A stretch of 64,000 nucleotides of DNA from Azolla caroliniana (Eukaryota > Plantae > Polypodiophyta). Made by a program: the position numbers and the translations under genes. The stretch spans positions 16,802,001 to 16,866,000 of the forward strand of contig JBHGNT010000013.1 of assembly GCA_043228905.1 (NCBI GenBank), written 5' to 3'. Positions 1 through 13,900 of the stretch are shown one piece after another. The notes beneath the pieces were generated by a model. It did no database searches and was not told the origin of the DNA. It worked only from the letters and a program-made list of their open reading frames with translations. Each line of letters begins with the position of its first letter. The first letter of the stretch is position 1.

Positions 1-1990
1 GTTTCCTTTCATTATCGAGATGCTCAATTGAGTCAAAATAGCCATCTTAATATTAGTTTGGCAACACAAACTAAAGAGCTACCTAGTCACTTAGGAAAAA
101 ATTGTTGATTTGGGACACTACAGAGTTGTCTTTAGCAAGTAGAGTAATAATACCTTCTCCTTTCATCTATGTTGTATATTGCATCCACATGTTTGTTGCA
201 GATTCAAAAACTGGTTCGAAACTTTATTTGGATAGGAATAAGTAATAATGATGCTCGTGCAAAGCTAGCTTGGTCAACACTTACGACACAATTATTTGTT
301 GGTGGTTTAGGGTTGGTAGACCCAGATAGTCAATGTAAGGATCTTTTGACAAAATTTGTTGTTAGGGCTATGTTGCCTGCGAAAGGTATATGGTCTGAGT
401 TGCTTTTAAACCGATTGGTTGATATTAAACCGTCTACTGGTGGTTTTTGGAAACCATCTCTAAGATGGGCATTCTTGTCCAATTTTAAGACGAGACAAAT
501 ACATGGCTTGAAAGATGGTTTTATGGTTGGCATTTGTAAAGCATGGGATGTTGTTAAGTTTTTTTTTTATTCGTTGATGCCCATCTTCGAATGAAGAATT
601 GTTGCGGCAACCTTTGATTTGGAATTTTATTTTCTCTGATGAGGGGGTGTATTTCTTGGAAGTAGACCGCAGTTACAGTGGGCTATGTTGGGTAATGGTA
701 TAGTTGCCATTGTAGCCTCTTGGGGAAATTATGTTTGTCATCTTAATAATTCTCAGCTTCATGCTACAAGGTGTAGGGGTTTTAGAGCTATGTTTCATGC
801 AATTCAGTTATCTTTAGGGGATTTTCTCTCTAATTGGTCACCTTCTTTTGTGCATGTTTGGTTTGGATACTTACTCCGGTTGGTGTTATGATAGGAGTCA
901 AAGGAACAATGTCTCAAGGAGATTGTTATTATTTTGATGTATCTGAGGAAGGAAATATTATAATGGCAAATTGATGTGGAATCGTCAAATTGGCAAACGG
1001 CATTGCAACATCCGGTGAGAGTGATTGGTAAATCAGGTAAAAGGTGGATTTTAGATCCTCCTCCTTCTAATAGTATGTTATTTTGCCAACTATGGCTATT
1101 TAAAAAAAAGTTGTTGTTGGACGTGCATTGGGATCCATCAGATTATCTTTGGAAACATACAAATCCTTTGTCTCAAACAAAATTTATTTAGTTTTTTCAA
1201 TATTCTGTGAAGTTGGGACGAAAGTTTCTTTTAAGTAAGAAATTGTATCCGCCATCCACTATGAAAGTGTGGTTGGCGAATGAGACCTCTTTAATGGATC
1301 CTTCTAAATATTGGAAGTGGTTATGGAGTATGTAGATTCCCAAGAAGATTGTACTTTTTCGCTTGTTATTGATCCATTATGCACTACTGGTTTGAGCCTA
1401 GGTACGACAACTAAATAGTAAGTCGTGTGGATTTGGTTGTGGATGTATGATGGAATCAATTAAGCATGTATTGTGGTCTTGTCCTAAAATTATGCAAGTG
1501 CTCTATGGTCTAGAATGTTCTAGCGTACTTTTTATTCGAGGACTTTCTAGAATACCCTATTCTGTTATAAATGTTGAATTCTGGTTGTTACTTATTCATA
1601 CATTATGTGGTCACTGGTCAATACGAAAGTTTTACAGGCAATGTTGATGTCATTTTCAGGAAGCAAATGCAGTTTAACAGGTTATGGGATTCAATGCTCG
1701 TTTTTAGGGAAGATGGAGATCACATAATATGGACGTATATTGTTCCCATCATTTTGGGAAACAATGTCTACTAACTTTGTTTATGGATTCTATTGCTACA
1801 GATGTTGGTGTTATAGGTTACATTGCATACTCATTTGCAGTTTGGGAGGAGTAGACCATACAAATCTTGGAGATTTGGTGTACAAATATGTGTAGTTCTT
1901 GTATATAGGCATCGAATAGGATATGATGTGAGTACAATGGAGTCGGTTGGTATACTCGTTTATCCAACACAATTTTTGTATTTCTTATGA
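1..1990 (+). mobile_element. Degenerate L1-type LINE, 3' part of ORF2 (post-RT region and zf-RVT-like zinc knuckle)
   Basis: ORF 169-594 'IQKLVRNFIW...AKLAWSTLT...GGLGLVD' resembles the plant L1 post-RT motif (W....P...GGLG). 'CGFGCGCMMESIKHVLWSCP' near 1425-1485 resembles zf-RVT (C..C...E...H.F..C). Many stops and frameshifts. Confidence 0.8.
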
Positions 1991-2667
1991 TTTTATAATA
2001 CCATGGCATATGTATCTCTTTAGGGGGGGGGGACTAAAGAGCTAGCTTGCCTGAAATAAATTTATTGCTAGTTTTCATGGGAGGTATAAAGAAGAATGCT
2101 ATCCCTAGCAATACCTTTCCTATAGGAACAAATTCCGATTCTTCAATCGAAGGTGAAAAAAAACCGAGAAAAAGGAAACAAAGCAAGATGCTAAAAAGAA
2201 AACATTGCAGATGGATGCTTTGTGAGCGTTTCCTCGAAATCGCGTCTTCTTTAATGGGGCAGGTAAATTTTGTTCCAAAAGGAAACACGAGAAAGGTGAT
2301 CGATGTCCCAGCTCGCATTTCTTGGACGAAACTTGAAAATGCGATTGATGGGCCATGGTGGGATGGATGTGGGCAAACGTGTGGCCCTCTGGCCGACCGG
2401 AATGTTCATAGTTTTGGACACCTGGGCGGGCGGGCGGACAGTCTCTCGGGGGTGGCTTCATGGTTTGGGAGGAAGGGAGTCATGGAGGAGGATGCTTGTG
2501 TGCAGAGTGTAGGTCTTGTGGGGCCCTGCCCTCCTCTTCCATTGGTGATGGTGATGTGCACCTGTGTTTGGGCAGCCCCATCCATCCATGTCTGCAGAGA
2601 AAGAACAACAGAAAGAGACAAAGAGCTTGGAATTTGGGAATATGCTGTTGCTGCTTTTCTCGTTTCT

Positions 2668-2669
<2 letters not shown>

Positions 2670-2714
<45 letters not shown>
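2670..2714 (+). repeat. (GA)n microsatellite upstream of P5CS
   Basis: Directly visible run of about 22 GA units, ~170 bp upstream of the P5CS ATG. Confidence 0.95.
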
Positions 2715-2718
<4 letters not shown>

Positions 2719-2883
2719 GGGTTCCTCTGATCGTAAATATATTTATCCATCTCTCCCCCATGATGATGATATGATCTGAGAAATGGGCGTTACTGTGGGC
2801 TCCTCTAATCTCAGCCAATAGAAGCAGAGAGCAGAGAGCAGAGTCACTAGGAGCAGAGCGGAGCAGAAGAGATCTGGGTGGCC

Positions 2884-5800
2884 ATGAACCACCACCCTTC
2901 TCGGGCCTTTGTCAAGGATGTGAAGCGAGTTGTCGTGAAGGTGAGAGCTATGCTCCTCCCGTTTGTATAAATTCTACTGCATAAAATGTATGCCATCATC
3001 TGTCTGTACTTCTAACTCCAATCGTCGTTTTTTCTTTTTTGCGGTTGTCCATGACCTAATCTGGTGTATCCTTGTAGGTAGGGACTGCCGTTGTCACTCG
3101 CTCAGATGGAAGGCTTGCTGTTGGTAGAATTGGATCTCTTTGCGAACAGGTCTAATTCAGCTTTGGCCAGTACGAATCTACATCAAATTAAGGAAATGCC
3201 ATATATTATGACGAGGAATTCAATATATTGCTATTGGTTGTGTCTAATGGCCTAGCAGGTCAAAGAATTGACAGGAAATGGTGTGGAGGTAATCTTGGTC
3301 ACTTCTGGAGCTATTGGTGTTGGAAGACAAAAACTCCGCTATCAAAGGCTTATGAATAGCAGGTACACTACTGCAGACAATGTATATACATGCATATATA
3401 TATATGTATGTGTATGTGTATATATATATAGATATATATAACAAAAAACTGTATATATATGTTTATGATCTCCCTTATATATTGGCAGCTTTGCAGACCT
3501 TCAGAAACCTCAAATTGAATTGGATGGAAAACCGTGTGCTGCTGTTGGGCAGAGTGGCCTAATGGCACTGTATGATAGTCTGTTGACTCAGGCAAGTAGT
3601 TTCAATACACAAGTAACTCATGGTTTGGTCAGGATTCTTTAGTTGTTTCATGTTAAGTGTCTTGAAAAACATGGGAACTAGTTGATCTGAGGCTAGGCCA
3701 GGCTAGGAAAAGCTTACAGTTGTGCCAACCAAAGACTCCTCATATTATGCGAGGGTTGATTGTAATGTTATTCACACTAATCTTGTTTTTGCTCCCTCCT
3801 AGATGTTTGCATGTATCACAGGTATTTATATTTATGATATCTGCCTAAAGAATATTGTATAAGTTTGCTTGCTTTGGCGTCTGATCTGCAAGGATGACAA
3901 GACTCTTTCATGACCCCACACTACCCATCCTATCTGGAAATTATGAGAAGATTGAGAATGTATGTATATTCTGTCATTACATTGGAACACAAAGTTTGTT
4001 AACCTTTGTTCTTGATAGTTTCTGTATAATGTTATAACTGGATTAGGGTGCCAAGAGACCAAAATTTATTCACAGACAAGGATTGTTAGATCATTTTTGA
4101 TAATTGAGAAATAACATATTATAATGAAAGTTTGCTTCATTGTACTATAATACATTTCAGCTAAGATCTAGGATGGATCTCATGTATGCCTTTGTTTACA
4201 TTTTTCCAGCTAGATATGCAGTCATCACAGATTCTCGTCACTGACCGCGATTTTAGCAATGCAGATTTTCGAGGTCAACTGTCAGAAACAGTGAATACTT
4301 TGTTAAGTCTGCGAGTTATCCCGGTCTTCAATGAGAATGATGCTATCAGCACTCGCAAAGCACCATATGAGGTTTCTTTGGCAGTTTCATATGAGGTTTA
4401 TCTTTCTTTGATAAAACCAAACGTGGTTATCTTTTCACTAACTGTCATGGATTATTTCCTCCCAGGATTCCTCCGGAATATTTTGGGATAATGATAGTCT
4501 AGCTGGACTTCTGGCTGTGGAATTGGAAGCAGATCTCCTCGTTCTTCTAAGTGACGTCGAAGGACTTTATAATGGGCCACCAAATGAACCTGGCTCAAAA
4601 CTCATTCACACGTACTTGCGGGATAAACATGTTGAAACTATAACTTTTGGAGCGAAATCGCGTGTTGGTCGAGGTGGCATGACTGCAAAAGTTGTTTCTG
4701 CTTGGACTACTGCAAGTGCTGGTGTACCTGTTATTATTACAAGGTAACCATCCCTATGGATTGCAAAAAGCATGATAAAATACAAATATGGATTTGGAAC
4801 TCACCAGTATAGCGTGAGTAGATGAAGTGCTGCAGTTGAATGTTGGTGAAACATTTCAGTGCTCATAAAATAATATAGCTGCTGTGAGATATTGATTGTG
4901 AACGAATATAAACTCAAATAGGATCTCATTCTTGCTTTTAATTTCAGTGTACTACACTGTTCTATCATAAAGACATCACTGATTTAAGCTCTGAAATCAT
5001 GGCATGAAAGTAGCAAACTTTGGTTTTGTGTTTCACCTGCCATTAATTTGAATTTTTTTGATAACATAATATTTTGAACCTCTTTCTTAGAAGTTAGGAT
5101 TGTTCAAGTTAGTGCATCTATTCCCAGTTAATGGAAATTTTGCCCCAACATATGGCAAATTATTGCTCCTTGGCAGCAGACAACTTGTGCTTGTTACCTG
5201 GTATTTAATATAGGCTCTTGGAGAATCGTTTTGACTCCATAATAATGGATATAAAATGAGATCGTAATGGAGGACTTAATCAACCATTTATGCATCTGTG
5301 AAATGTGCCCCAAAAGTTCTTGGATATGGTTGCAGTTCCATGAGAAATTCTGATGAGTTCTTGTAATAGGTATGGCATCTAATGGGTATCCTTAGACCTT
5401 TGTAAGTTCTTATGAGGGTCTCAATTTCTTCTAACTAGTGTAAGAATAGGAAAAAGGTCATTAGAGTTGGGAGGGGCCTTGTTGTGATTGAATGGTTGCT
5501 TGACTAATCTGATGAAATATTTTACTGGAAAGAGATTTAAAATTTCAATCCTTACCATCTTAGAACATCCAACGCATTTGATTCAAATGTTCTCTTTGAA
5601 AAGTGGATTTGCCGCAGATGGTGTTTTGAAAGCTCTATCAGGGGAACACGTAGGAACATTGTTCCATAGGGATGCCCATCTATGGGATTTGAAGAAAACA
5701 GAGACTGCCCGAGAAATGGCCATTTCTGCAAGAAACGCTAGCCGGAAATTACAGGTCACGCTTCGTATATCTTAAAGGTGTTGCATAAATGATGTTCAGC

Positions 5801-8800
5801 TGTAAGTTTGAGTATTTATCGTTAATACTACAGAAACTTTCTTCGTTGGAACGAAGGAAATTGTTACTAGATGTGGCTGATGCATTAGAGACCAATGAAG
5901 AGATAATAAGGCATGAAAATGAGATAGATGTGCAAGCTGCCCGAGCAGCTGGATTATCAAAACCTTTGATAGAAAGACTGACAATTAAACCTGGAAAGGT
6001 AGTTTCTAGTTCATCATAATGGGGCTTGTTTGTGGATGTTCTTTCTCTAGAAGAAGCATATTTGTTCTTTATATGTTTCAATGAATTCATAATGGTAGTA
6101 GGTCACAAGTTTGGCAAGATCTGTAAGGTCTCTTGCAGATATGGAAGAACCAATTGGAAAGATACTGAAAAAAACACTGGTCAGTAGTCAGTTCTCTGCA
6201 TATGGTTGAACGGTTCTTGATCGGTTAAGCATGCTTATATGATATGTTGGTTCCGGAATTTTAGGTTGCAGAGGGACTTGTGCTGGAAAAAACAACATCA
6301 CCTTTGGGAGTTCTTCTAGTTATATTTGAATCACGTCCTGATGCTTTAATTCAGGTTATAAACGTTAACTTCTTTTTAAATGTCAAATTGATCTATTCTG
6401 AATGTAAGCCATGATGCAACATTCGACTCATCCATGCCAGCTGTGAAATTGAAATTGTATTTTTAGGTAAGAGTTCTACACGAAGATCAACATTCATAAA
6501 TTGATCAATAAATATATTTTGCTTTTAACCAAAGGTTGTAATAAATATAGAACTCATCATGCAATGTCCTTGTCCTAAACTTTACAACAGGTTCCTTCTT
6601 TTAATCAAAATTGCTTACACTGTCTTACCTGTCTTACCTTCTTACACTGTATTGAGTTCTACTCTATCTTAATATAATGACAATAGCTCATTAATATAAT
6701 TTCCTATGCCCAAAATTGACACAGGTTGATTCTTTTAGTTAAATTTACTTTCATCGTCTTATCCTGGTTTTTGCCATTTATATCGAGTTCTCCTCTATCT
6801 TATATTCACATTAATAATAAATTGTAAGTAAACTCCTCATGAACCAAAATGCAAAAGGATTTGAGTCGATCCGTCGTTTGTCATTCTTTATGGAAATCTG
6901 TCAGTTTCGTGATCAGAATCTGAAGTTTATCACTTTCATTATCAGGAACTGAATTCAATCACTTTTGTAATATAAAATTGAATATGAAACAATCATTTTA
7001 TGTTCTTTGATTTCATGAAAATGAAACCCATTACGGGACTCATAAATTATGAATTGAGACATAGAAGTACTTTTTGTAAGTAAATGAAGATGACTATTGG
7101 ATGTATGTCATATTGTTTGTGAATGCTAATTGAAAGATTGTTCATTTAATCACTTTCAGATTGCTGCTTTATCCATACGAAGTGGCAATGGCCTTCTGCT
7201 GAAAGGTGGAAAGGAAGCAGCTTGTTCAAATGCAATTTTGCATAAGGTAAGTACATGCAGATCTATCAATGTGTACCGGATTTGTGGTACAGAAGCATAA
7301 ATTTTTTTGTTGCTGTCTATAGATTGTTACTGAAGCAATCTCAAATTCAGTTGGAAAAGATCTGATAGGTCTTATTACTTCCAGGGATGAGATTCCAGAT
7401 CTCCTTAAGGTGAGGTCAGGGATGGAATTTAGTTGAGCTTATAATGATAGTTTTAAGTGACACCCTAGATTCTACTTGCAGTTGGATGATGTGATTGATT
7501 TAGTGATTCCAAGGGGGAGTAACAAACTGGTTTCACAAATCAAGGAGTCAACAAAAATTCCTGTTCTTGGTCATGCTGGTAATTATATAATTTGCCATCT
7601 TTAATCTTGTTGGAGCTTTTTACAAATTCGTCTGAGTTTAGGTTTTGCCTCCTTCACATGACTGGCATTTGAAATTTTGTTTAACTCATCTTAACTGGAT
7701 GTCATGGATCCAGATGGCGTTTGCCATGTTTTTGTGGACAAAGATGCAGATATGAAGAAAGCCAAACGAATTATTGCAGATGCAAAATTGGACTACCCAG
7801 CTGCATGTAATGCAATGGTAAGTATGACTTCCGTTTACAATGTGGATACTCATTGGAAATGTTTACGTTGTACACATGTTTAAAATGTCATGAAGTTTTG
7901 GTTAAACATTCCTATGCAGGAAACACTGCTTGTCCATGAAGCTTTAGTCCAATCTGGGGCCATACAAGAGCTGGCATCCATGCTTCAGTCTAAGGGTATA
8001 CTGACTTCTTTAGACAAAACTGAAATTTTTAAAGTGACCAAACAAGAAATTTATTTTACAGGCGTCGGTTTGTTTGGGGGACCAAGAGCATCAGAAATTT
8101 TAAAAATTCCAAGGGTTACTGATTTTCATCATGAATATAGTGCATCTGTTTGTTCCGTTGAAATTGTGGATGATGTATATGCTGCCATAGACCATATCCA
8201 TCAGTATGGAAGGTATTGTGGGAGAGATTTTACAATAGAATATATCGTTAGCTATATTTGATAACTTTGCCATAATGCAGTGCACACACAGACTGCATCG
8301 TGACAGAAGACCTGACTACAGCAGAAGCGTTCTTATCCCAGTTAGATAGGTATACCCCTATTATAGAAAATATGATATTTTCTCTCTCGTTTTCTTCATG
8401 TCACTGAGAAGGTGTATGTGGTACAGTGCTGCAGTGTTTCATAATGCTAGTACTCGCTTTTGTGATGGGGCCCGATTTGGACTTGGAGCAGAGGTAAATT
8501 CAGTCTGGAACGTTAGTTTAAATCGGAAGGTTTTGAGTACAAGGTATGCGGCATAAAAATGTGCAGCATCATATATTTTAAGAATTCTTTTACATTGATC
8601 TGAAGGTTGGAATAAGTACAAGCCGAATTCATGCACGTGGACCTGTTGGAGTAGAAGGCCTCCTCACCACCAAGTGGTAATTTTTTACTCAATGTGCAAC
8701 ACATGCTCACTTAATAGCATACATAATTAATATCATGTGTACAGGCTTCTTCGAGGGGATGGACAAATTGTAGCTGAAGACAAAGGTGTTGTTTATGAGC

Positions 8801-8925
8801 ATAGAAATCTTCTGATCAAAGGTAACATCAAAATTGAGAAAATGACAGAAGCTGCAAGCAATGCTGATGACACTAAAATGGACGGTATCAGTTCTTATAA
8901 TGGCGAGAAAAAAGACCATTGTTAG
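2884..8925 (+). CDS. P5CS: Delta-1-pyrroline-5-carboxylate synthase (bifunctional glutamate 5-kinase / gamma-glutamyl phosphate reductase), about 20 exons
   Basis: The spliced exons read [19 protein letters not shown]|[17 protein letters not shown]..., [141 protein letters not shown]. Stop is TAG at 8923-8925. Confidence 0.97.
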
Positions 8926-9286
8926 GTGTGTGCTCTTCCATGATGAGTTGCCGGCAACTGGGAAAATATAGTACCAAAGACATGTATTCAGACCCAAGCC
9001 TATCTTGAAGCATAAAGCTAAACTTTATAAAGAATTTTGTAGGGGCAAACTGTTTTGCAGCATGGAATCAGTGAGTTCTTTTAAAAGAAAACCACTTTTA
9101 GACGTGTGCTTGTCTATGTTATCCTCAATTAGGAAAACATAGTGCTAAAGATGTATTAGGACCGAACTTGCTGGTGAAGCATGAAGCAAAAGTTTTATCA
9201 ATAAATTTTTTGAAATGATGTTACATGTGAATCAAAAATAAAAATTTTATTCATAAAACTTTATATGTTACATAATATAAAAAAAT

Positions 9287-9420
9287 TCAGTGAATTCCTT
9301 TGAACAGATTTCTAGACCCGAATATATGCATTCAGGTCTTCAAATAATGTGATTCTCAAAATTTTATCAGTGAATTCCTTTGAAGAGTTTTGTAGACCAG
9401 AATTGCATGCATTCAGGTCT
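9287..9420 (+). repeat. Short direct duplication (~55 bp, 2 copies) downstream of P5CS
   Basis: 'tcagtgaattcctttgaa...tagacc.gaat...atgcattcaggtct' occurs at ~9287 and ~9367. Confidence 0.8.
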
Positions 9421-10225
9421 ACAAGCCATCTCGTTACCATTACATTTATATGTATGATTCTAACAGACATTGGAATGCTATGATAATATTGTCACAGTAA
9501 ACGGGGGTTTGATTCTTCAGAGTATAGAATTTTGTTTCCCCCAACCCCCAACCCCAGGCAGAGAATTTGAAGTGAATCGCATGCACTCAAAGGTCTAAAC
9601 ACCTTCCTTATTCCTTTTGAAGTGAATTGCAATCAGTTGAGTTCCTCTCAGTGTTTCATCTATATTTCATTGATTATCATCAGCCAAGGAGAAATTCAAC
9701 GGTCTTAATATGAGTTGTTAAACTTATGCTAAGTCACGTGCAGACATAAGGTCTAATCTCCTTACTTCCACTTTTTGACATTGCTTACTGTCTTGTCTCA
9801 TCTCGTCCGTATTTCATTTGCTAATTTCTTTTGTAACGACCTACAATTACCCAAAATTACTATTAACATTGTTCACTGTCTCCTTGTCCGGTCTATATTT
9901 CATTTATTTATCAGCAAAGGACGTCAATTGCACACATGAAAAATTTAAGGAATTGCTAATTGAAGCCACGCATGACTTTAATTGCCAGATGAAGATGTGA
10001 ACCTTAGTATTCTTTTGCATGCAAAAAAATACACGAAAACCCATGGGCAGTTTTGTAAACATAGAACATATTAATGCTGCATATGATTAATGCAATTATT
10101 GTTGAAAAGAAGAGAGCTTTCCTTTACTCACTGCTTGAGAGTATGATAGTAACTCATTCTTTTGCTAATCTTGCAATTGGTAATAGAAATACAGACTCAT
10201 TCTTCCATATTGTGGATTATCGTAG

Positions 10226-10528
10226 TATTACCCTTTAGCATGTAAATACTTCTTAACTTTAATAACTGTATGTTAGAAATTACGATAAATTTCTTATTAA
10301 AATATACATTATATTAATATACAGGAGAAACAGACCACCACCTACCCAGGCAGCTCAAAAATAATCAGTTGAGTATCATAATATTACACTTTAGCATGTA
10401 AACTTTAATAACCGTATGTTAGAATTTTACGATAAATTTCTTATTAAAATATACATTATATTAATATACAGGAGAAACAGACCACCACCTAGCCAGGCAG
10501 CTCAAAAATAATCAGTTGAGTATCATAA
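10226..10528 (+). repeat. Tandem duplication, ~150 bp x2, downstream of the helicase stop
   Basis: Near-identical copies 10226-10381 and 10382-10528 ('tttagcatgtaaa...ggagaaacagaccaccaccta.ccaggcagctcaaaaataatcagttgagtatcataa'). Confidence 0.92.
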
Positions 10529-10904
10529 GAGATCTTAATCTTCCGCACCATGTCATATCACAATCCCATTCTTCGCAAGGCTCATGATCTGTGTAACTAG
10601 CTGCACCTATTTTTTCAAGAAAAGCTCTAGCCTTCCATATATGCCCCAGGAGAACTTTGAGATACACCAAAATCATAAACAAAGGCAGCCTCCTTGTTTG
10701 CATTCTTTAAAGGTATCAAAATAGTATGCATGGCAATGATATTCAGCAAGTCAACATCAGCCTGATTAGGGTATAACATTCTCAACATTCCGGAAACCCT
10801 ACGGAATATCCATCTCTATAAGCTTGCTTGATTTGAACGGGATTTGGAATAAGGAATGCCCCAGTTCTTGCATTTCCTGGAGGACAACCATTCTTATAAA
10901 CCAT

Positions 10905-13900
10905 TTAACAGTTTGATCCTACTTTGCAAAGCGAATCTAATGCTTCTGTGGCTGCATTCCTTTCAGCTTGTCGTTTATTTGTAGCTGGTTTCCCAATGAA
11001 ATACTGACCCTGACACTTCACTCGAGCTTGGAACATGTTATTTTTAGGACCTTTCACTGTATATTTCGGTACCTCTTGCCCAGTCTGCTGAAACCAATTG
11101 TGAAGGACACTAACAGAATTATTGTTATTGCTGCTGTCACGTAGCTTCACTGTAACAGAAATATCTGGAAGTTTTGGAGAGCTGACAGAAACTGAGTTGA
11201 CAGAGACAAAGGAACCCAAGTTTTGATCTCCATTCATTAATGTAGTTATCGCTCCAAGGAGATATTTCCCATCCTCATAAATATCTAGTTTTGGATTCTC
11301 TAACTGCACAATACAAAAAAACACCACATTACTCTCTCTCCCTCAAGTTGAGCAAACATCCCTCACTATAAGCAATGAAAAAGCGAAAAGGAACATAAGT
11401 AGATAAGATGGAAATGATGAACACTACTTTAGAAGAAGCAGCCAAAAGGAAAGTGCATGTACTACATGCCTGGGCGGTTGGTTGGGTTAAAAATGGAACC
11501 CACAAGGATATACCTAGAATCTCGGAAGAAAGATAAGGGCACCTGATGTTCCATTTGCTTTAGCATGGAGGATGGCAAGAGATGAGTCTAGAGCTGCAGT
11601 CTTGATAATCCACTTCATGGATACAAAAAAGAAAGTTTTCCTATCCAAGATAAAGACACTCAAGGATGACTATATATTTAGATGATGATCGCACTCCAAC
11701 TCAAGAAGCACATCACACAAGAAACATACCAAGTGTGTTCAGCGCAAGAAAAGAAGGAAAAAGGGTTGTATATAGAGATGGTAGGGTCATTATTACAGAA
11801 AAGAGAACCACATGACGACCTATGGCCTATGAGACCTTACAAATGACTATGTCAGGTATTTTCAAAGATACCTTCGAGAAAATAGATATTGCTTTATAAG
11901 TAGATATAGATGAGATACCAAGAAGCACTGGAGGCACAGAAGAGTGGCTGTGTTGTACAAAAAGCAGCTCCATGATAGAGTGCATGTTGTGCATAAGGAT
12001 GTTAATGTGAATCATACAATGGGATCTCAAGAACTACACATTGCAATTTGCTACTTTCCACCTGCCTACTCGAGGTTTATACCTCTTGGAGTATCATTAT
12101 CTTAATATTTGCTACTATGGGGGATATAGTACTATTAGGAAACTTCAATGCACAAACAAAAGGATGAACACCGTTGATGCTATGTATGAGTAATGGCATA
12201 AGATGTTGGTCAAGTTTAAGATATGTGTGAGGTAATAGAATATGACAAACCCTTTTTAGCCTTGGGAACTGCACATGGATTCGGGATATATAATGGTTGG
12301 TTACGTTGGCCTAGATAAGATATTTTGACATGTTGGAACCCAAAAGGAGGTGCAAGCATAGTCGATTACCTGATGGCATCTCCATCTGTTATACCCAAAA
12401 TAACAGTGTTCACTATCTCTAGTGGATCTATTAGCTTGGCAGCAGATCATATGTATCAACGCTTTGAGGTTAAGGATGGATGCATAAGGGCAAGTCAGCT
12501 GGCTAAATACCAATTTATTTGAGAGAGTTTGCGTATAGTTGTGGATTATTTAGTAATGGCATGTTAGAATTGGACATGTCCGAACACCTAGAAGTAGTTA
12601 CACAAGGATTGTCAAAGGCATTGCACAAAGCATTGGTGCACCATAATATAATCCAGGCTGAGGTAGAAGCAGGCCCAATAATCATCAACCAACATGGAAC
12701 AGCTTTGGGTACATCATCAGGCCCTCTTATATGGACATACGTCTATCTCATGCATTGCATAATGTGATGGGCCAGCTGTGAACTTTTTTATATCAATTAG
12801 AGATAGAGGTAGGCACATATGCATGAATACCTCCAAAAGAGAGAATTTGCCAATTGTGTCATCAGGGAAAAGAATCTTAAGATCCATGTGTTTTTCCACA
12901 AATACTTTTTCTTATGAAATAAGATGAAGATTCAATTGCATCTTCAAGCAACACTTTGGCCCACTATGCAGGGTACTCAGGATCAACATTACCTGGGTTG
13001 TCTAAGGACAGCAAAACAGCCACACAAGCTCATCAACGAAGCACAATCACATATTTTTTTAGCCCCATCATTGCTACAACTAAATCAAGGGCTGCACAAA
13101 TGAGCTCCCAACCAAAACATTGCTAAGGGGTTACAATGGATCAAGCAATAGCAATTTTTCATGCATGTAGGCCCCAAGCTACTGGACAACAATCTCAACA
13201 CCCTTGCCATCAATCAATAAAGGCCATTATCTCCCACCATCGCAGGTCCTTCCTCGCCTCAGAGACCTCTCCATTTTGGATTGACCTATGCTAGAGATCT
13301 TTTGAAAACAAAATTATAATATATGACTTAAGAATCTTACAAGTATAATGCCGAGATCCTTTAGTCACATCTTCAGACGGGACAAAATTTTAAGATGTGA
13401 TCTCTTGTTTGGTCTTATAAGACATTCTACTGTCATGAAGTGCGTGTCACACATGGAGGAACAAAAAGATGGTTCAAAAGGATTGTTTTTACCAAGATAG
13501 GTGTAGAACCCACAAACTTTGAGACAGATTAAATCATTTTCACCAATAGTTCAAAACAATGTTTGAATAATTTTTATTTATTTATATATATCAAATTATG
13601 ATTTATTATATTAAACCTCCTATCAAGAATTTTTGTGCCACATTGCTCTTTTATTCTTCCCAATGCAAAATTATTGTTTTGTTTTTCTCTCTTCCCTTCT
13701 TTCTTCTTCTTGTTTCTTTTTTTCATGCATAAACCAGCCAGAAATGGAGAGATTTGGGGGTTTGGGAGCATGCCTAGCAGGTATAACTATACAAATATTA
13801 CAATATGCTGATAATATTGTGCTGATTTCTGACTCTCCAGAGGGACTACAAAGACATCTACAAATATTTTGTACGGACAAAGGTTTGTCAATACACATGG

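Noticed and set aside
2047-2818. Several overlapping ORFs of 100-227 aa upstream of P5CS
   Set aside because: They are open because of GC-rich promoter sequence and (GA)n runs (RERERE / LSLSLS). No recognisable domain.
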